A stretch of DNA of 64,000 nt, taken from assembly GCA_964354135.1 (NCBI GenBank), contig CAYGZA010000004.1, forward strand, positions 1,078 through 65,077. The letters run 5' to 3'. Source of the stretch: an uncultured Planctomycetaceae bacterium (GTDB lineage Bacteria > Planctomycetota > Planctomycetia > Pirellulales > Thermoguttaceae). Within the stretch, counting starts at the first letter, position 1. Every line of letters starts with the position of its first letter. Below the pieces are notes generated by a model. It worked only from the letters and a program-made list of their open reading frames with translations, was not told the DNA's origin and did no database searches. Position numbers and translations under genes: made by a program. Shown here in pieces: positions 61,901 to 64,000 of the stretch.

Positions 61901-64000
61901 GACGCCCTATTCGTACGAGGTCTCGGCCGTCAATCGCGACGATTATGAAGGCGTGCGGTCGGCCCCCGCCGTCGTGACCGTGCCGGGGATCCGCACCTAT
62001 GCCATTCCCAATGCCACGCACGTCGAGATCACCTTCACCGAGGCGCTCAACCCTGCAACCGCCACGGTGCTGGGCAACTACGTGTTTGCCGGCGGAACGC
62101 TCAGCAGTGCCGCGCTCTCGGCCGACGGGCTGATCGTGACTCTCACCACGGCCCAACCGCTGGTGACGGGCAATTCCTACTCGGTGACGATCCACAACGT
62201 CACCACGGTTTCGGGCAACGAGCTCCGCGACGGCCTCCAGATCGCGTTCATCTATGTGCCGCAGGGCGACGGCTACATCCTGCGCGAGTACTGGACGGGG
62301 ATCGGCGGCACGTTGGTCAGCGACTTGACGGGCAACCCCAACTACCCGAACAACCCCACCGGCAAGACCTACCCCACGGCGTTCGAGGGTCCCGTCAACT
62401 GGAACGACTACTACGGGACCCGCATGCGGGGATACGTCCACCCGCCGACGTCCGGCGATTATGTCTTTTGGATCTCCAGCGACGACAACGGCGAGCTGTG
62501 GCTCTCGACCGATGACAATCCCGCCGACAAAGTGCTTATCGCCTATGTGCCGGGATGGACCCCGTCGCGGACCTGGGACTGGTATCCACAGCAGCAGTCG
62601 GCGCTCATCCGTTTGGAGGCGGGAAGGCGCTACTACATCGAGGCCCTCATGAAGGAAGGCGGAGGCGGCGACAACCTCGCCGTCCGCTGGCAACTGCCCG
62701 GCGGCGTCTGGGAGAACCTCGCCGACCCGGGGGCGCCCGTCCCCGGCATACGCCTCTCGCAGTGGGGCCCGCCCCCCGACTTCAGCCCGCCGACCGTGCC
62801 GGCCAGTCTCAGCGCCCAGATCGCCGGCAGCACCCGGGTCGACTTCAGTTGGGCGGCCTCCACCGACCCCGAAAGCGGCGTCCATCACTACGTGATCTAC
62901 CGCGACGGACAGCGGTACGCCACGTCCGCAACCGCAAGCTATTCCGACACCGGCGCCGCGGCGGGTGCGCGACACCGGTATCAGGTCTCGGCCGTCAACC
63001 CAACCGATTTCGAGAGTGCCCTCTCCACGACGATCAGCGTCGCACCGGCCGGCATGGTCTCGGCCGCGGCCCTTGACGCCACGACCGTCCAGATCCTCTT
63101 CACCGAGCCGATGGAACGCGCCCGGGCGGAACAGGCCGCCAACTACGCGCTCTCGGGCGGCAAGACGATCACGGCGGCCTCGCTCTCGGCCGACGGGCTC
63201 ACGGTGCGACTGACCGCGTCCGCCCTGACCTCCGGCACCACGTATGCCGTCACAGTCAACAACCTGCGCACGGCCGCGGGGGTTGACCTGCCGGCGAGCC
63301 TGCAAGCGTCGTTCTACTACGGCAATGGCATCCTCTGGGAGTACTGGTTGAACATCGGCGGCGGCAACGCCGTCGGCGATCTGACCGGCAATCCCGATTT
63401 CCCCTACAACCCCAGCGGCCGTGACTACCGCACCCTCTTTGAGGCCCCCAGCAATTGGCAGGACAACTACGGCAGCCGAATGCGCGGCTACCTCCGCCCA
63501 AGTGCCACCGGCGACTACCGCTTCTGGATCTCCAGCGACGACAACGGCGAGTTGTGGCTCTCGACCGACGACAACCCCGCCAACAAGGTCCGGATCGCCT
63601 ACGTTCCCGGATGGACGAATGCCCGTGAGTGGACCAAGTACGCCCAGCAGCAGTCGGCCCTGGTGCGTCTGGAGGCCGGGAAGCGGTACTACGTCGAGGC
63701 CCTCATGAAGGAAGGCTGGGGGGGCGATAACCTCGCCGTCGCCTGGCAGCGGCCCGGAACAACGTTTGACGGGTTACCCGTCCCCGGCAGCTTTCTCGCG
63801 CCGTATGTCGAGACGGTCAACACCCTCTCGGTCATCCCGACCGTCAACGCCTTGATCACGGCCGACACAACCCCGCCGCTTGGCGGCTCGATCAACGACC
63901 CCAATGTCGCCGTCACCGTGGCTTTGGGCGGCCGTTACTATGCCGCTACCCGAGACACCGCCGGCACGTGGCTCCTGCCGGATGGCGCCATCCAGCCCGC
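55944..64000 (+). CDS. giant secreted multidomain protein (lamin-tail domains, PA14, CotH kinase-like, chitobiase-C-like, FN3, Ig-like), 3' end beyond the window
   Basis: Absent from the track because there is no stop in the window. The frame starting at 55944 (a TAG lies at 55926 upstream) is free of listed + ORFs and translated cleanly wherever I sampled it. N-terminus MAHHAKRKVRRAP...GFEHLEPRLVLSP. LTD: ISEFLASN...DWIEIHNP...LTGWKLKD...GEFRIVFAS. CotH-like: LRMYGGVGRYPQFKKHSLRVLF...YIDYLLMNFFAANADWPGHNYY. PA14: GDYVFWISSDDNGELWLS. Confidence 0.85.
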   Translation, partial: MAHHAKRKVRRAQRSWRRAKRGAFPSKARSGETLGFEHLEPRLVLSPIISEFLASNTDTVNGLRDFEGTLQDWIEIHNPDTQPVSLTGWKLKDSDSTWTFPAVTLGPGEFRIVFASDKDLTTPELHTNFKLQRDPGEYLGLLDNLNRVVHEYSPSYPNQEHNISYGIGQDIQETKLVSAGADTRYFVPTNGSLQTTWMQAGFSDASWARGPTGLGFANLVPGFAVWNYKANVAVSDMAVAETVINTPSYQSAVYTQTAAVVNYLDTGGGGHFTPDSPFPGMALGTDHDDFVMRAKGIIHIPTAGAWTFGVNSDDGFRLKITGATFNAAYGQSGTTANGDTLEFFAPRGPNDSFGVINNLAAGDYNVEVTSYERGGGSDTEFFAAAGANTSWNGSFRLVGDMAGGGLSVLSEPFSGQGSSSTFASLIQTNVKTAMQAANNASLYTRITFDAADPQSLQSLTLKLKYDDGYVAYLNGVEIARRNAPATIAYNSQATAQRTDAQAIAFENVNVSQYLNLLQATGNVLAIQALNYSPTDGDMLVLPELSQIVYQGMGEHFFSTPTPGAANSQEYWYRVGDTHFSQDRGFYDQPFSLTISTATLGATIRYSLNGTTPAETDNTKSVTGITRDGSTATATIPGHGYTAGDWVLIRGADQPQYNGVFVISSVTADTFTYTVTGAPATPATGAIAAQANYYTYTGPITIDRTTTVRAAAFKTAYAATDVDTQTYVFLDDILTQPAAPPGLPTTWNGTPADYEMDPDVVNDPAYNGTLKQALLSLPTMSIVTDQANLFDPATGIYANPNVDGWERPVSLEYFDPATSDDFQINAGLRMYGGVGRYPQFKKHSLRVLFKDVYGAAKLKFPLFGPQATDEFDTIILRSNFNDGWTWGGTQAQFIRDQFADQTLLDMMSTAGHGSFVHLYVNGLYWGVYNPMERPDTSFAAAYLGGDKANWDGVNAGEPTGESNMQPWWDLMNFNFDNGSTAAYQRVQGNFADGTDDPATESLLDVNNYIDYLLMNFFAANADWPGHNYYTARPRGAASTGFKFFPWDTEMAVGLAWIRDPWGDVTGVGAADSNDPAEPYYWLRTNVDFKMLFADHAHKHLFNGGALSTAAAQGLYQALADEIAAAVSAESARWGDVVSGLPYKPTDWQNERDWILNTYLPQRNGALVQQLRNRGLYPSAEAPSFQIGGTYQHGGTFPLGAALSMTAPVGTIYYSLDGTDPRQPGGAIRPGALVYGSPIALNTNAHVKSRAYVNGTWSALNEATYYVDLAPSIRITEMMYNPAAPTAAEIAAGYANNEDFEFLEIKNIGSQTLPLGGLRLASGVAFTFPDAASIAPGEKKVVVRNQPAFLYRYNTVNPSVIAGVYTGSLDNAGEKIELDAPVGGAIHLFEYKDGWYGHTDGEGFSLTIRDPLLAPLGTPDPWNNPWNRSDGWRTSAAPGGTPGSEDTLTTPGSVVMSEVLAHQDAAPGDMVELYNTTDQAINIGGWFLSDAKEDLTKYQIASNTWIQAHGYFVLTENGDFGLGSGDPGSCVPFAFNEHGDDVYLSSHASGVAGGYREHVDFGATPNGISVGLYTKSTGGTDFTLLETPTFGAGPSYPGAANSVPYRGPLVLNEVMYHPAAATAAEMAAGYGTEDFEFVEIYNRSGAAQTLRSFYVGSGIGFTFGWYDADRLARESWTLEPGATATWTTGALQNGTYEVFARYDLYDAESQKRNLDDAAQYRITHAGGTALVTIDQDDDLFTYTDPDGWVSLGTYSFTGSGTVVLTRASDGPGDWTIADQVRFKKADHEVIVDNPALASPWTTSGPTTLAAGGYLVLVSNYAAFDSRYHVAANNVPVAGVYSGNLSNNGDAIKLFQVGPSDPVSGYVPHYRTDYVNFEDHAPWPPEPDGTGSSLNRLGVDQYGNDPIHWGAGALGGTPGQPNAPIDKTAPSAPANLSGRVTVNPDKITLSWTAAVDNESYVDHYVVYRDGAVLGTSTATSYQDTAVVPVTPYSYEVSAVNRDDYEGVRSAPAVVTVPGIRTYAIPNATHVEITFTEALNPATATVLGNYVFAGGTLSSAALSADGLIVTLTTAQPLVTGNSYSVTIHNVTTVSGNELRDGLQIAFIYVPQGDGYILREYWTGIGGTLVSDLTGNPNYPNNPTGKTYPTAFEGPVNWNDYYGTRMRGYVHPPTSGDYVFWISSDDNGELWLSTDDNPADKVLIAYVPGWTPSRTWDWYPQQQSALIRLEAGRRYYIEALMKEGGGGDNLAVRWQLPGGVWENLADPGAPVPGIRLSQWGPPPDFSPPTVPASLSAQIAGSTRVDFSWAASTDPESGVHHYVIYRDGQRYATSATASYSDTGAAAGARHRYQVSAVNPTDFESALSTTISVAPAGMVSAAALDATTVQILFTEPMERARAEQAANYALSGGKTITAASLSADGLTVRLTASALTSGTTYAVTVNNLRTAAGVDLPASLQASFYYGNGILWEYWLNIGGGNAVGDLTGNPDFPYNPSGRDYRTLFEAPSNWQDNYGSRMRGYLRPSATGDYRFWISSDDNGELWLSTDDNPANKVRIAYVPGWTNAREWTKYAQQQSALVRLEAGKRYYVEALMKEGWGGDNLAVAWQRPGTTFDGLPVPGSFLAPYVETVNTLSVIPTVNALITADTTPPLGGSINDPNVAVTVALGGRYYAATRDTAGTWLLPDGAIQP

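Noticed and set aside
57714-63305. 1,863-aa minus-strand ORF, the largest in the track.
   Set aside because: Its composition is dominated by R/G/V/D/A with no recognisable motif. It is exactly antisense to the plus-strand frame that encodes clear LTD, CotH, FN3 and PA14 motifs. Long stop-free antisense frames are expected for GC3-rich genes.

Overview
This is a high-G+C bacterial chromosomal window. G+C was judged by eye, not computed. It is most consistent with a Planctomycetota-type genome: it has a giant LTD/CotH/PA14 surface protein whose N-terminus is a basic stretch followed by 'LEPRLVLS', a Tat-signal sugar isomerase, and many secreted CAZyme-like proteins. All product calls rest on motif recognition in the translated ORFs; no HMM or BLAST search was possible.

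- **1 to 23.2 kb.** Secreted carbohydrate-active proteins: DUF2961/GH172-like, a clan GH-A hydrolase with CBM-like repeats, two alpha/beta-hydrolase paralogs, a malectin-domain protein and a LamG protein. Accessory elements sit among them: an IS200/RAYT-like Y1 transposase bracketed by inverted REP palindromes, ribD, a SWIM-SNF2 helicase, a HepT-MntA toxin-antitoxin pair, an overlapping small-ORF plus nucleotidyltransferase pair, and a visibly lower-G+C orphan gene with AbiU2/HEPN-like features.
- **23.5 to 54.3 kb.** A single glycan-assembly supercluster of about 31 kb, entirely on the minus strand. It encodes an initiating phosphoglycosyl transferase, GT2 and GT4-like transferases, a Wzx-like flippase, two Wzy_C-family proteins (one fused to TPR repeats), a Wzc-type tyrosine kinase, a CapD/PglF-type dehydratase, three DegT aminotransferases, an oxidoreductase-acetyltransferase fusion, WecB, three SAM methyltransferases, a CE4 deacetylase, an acyltransferase-3 and a split transketolase. 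Three members look damaged: an in-frame TAG, two frameshifts, and a radical-SAM remnant.
- **Best candidate for something undescribed.** The 5' end of this cluster: a secreted Ala/Pro/Thr-rich protein with a Gly-run/TM/KK C-terminus lies next to a Wzy_C-TPR fusion, upstream of pgl-like amino-sugar genes. This may be a protein O-glycosylation or surface-anchoring module, and it is a hypothesis only.
- **54.3 to 64 kb.** A gene-poor 1.6-kb spacer carries a small wHTH-like ORF and a perfect 17-bp inverted repeat. It is followed by an ORF of more than 2,680 codons that runs off the window.

No rRNA, tRNA or CRISPR array was seen.
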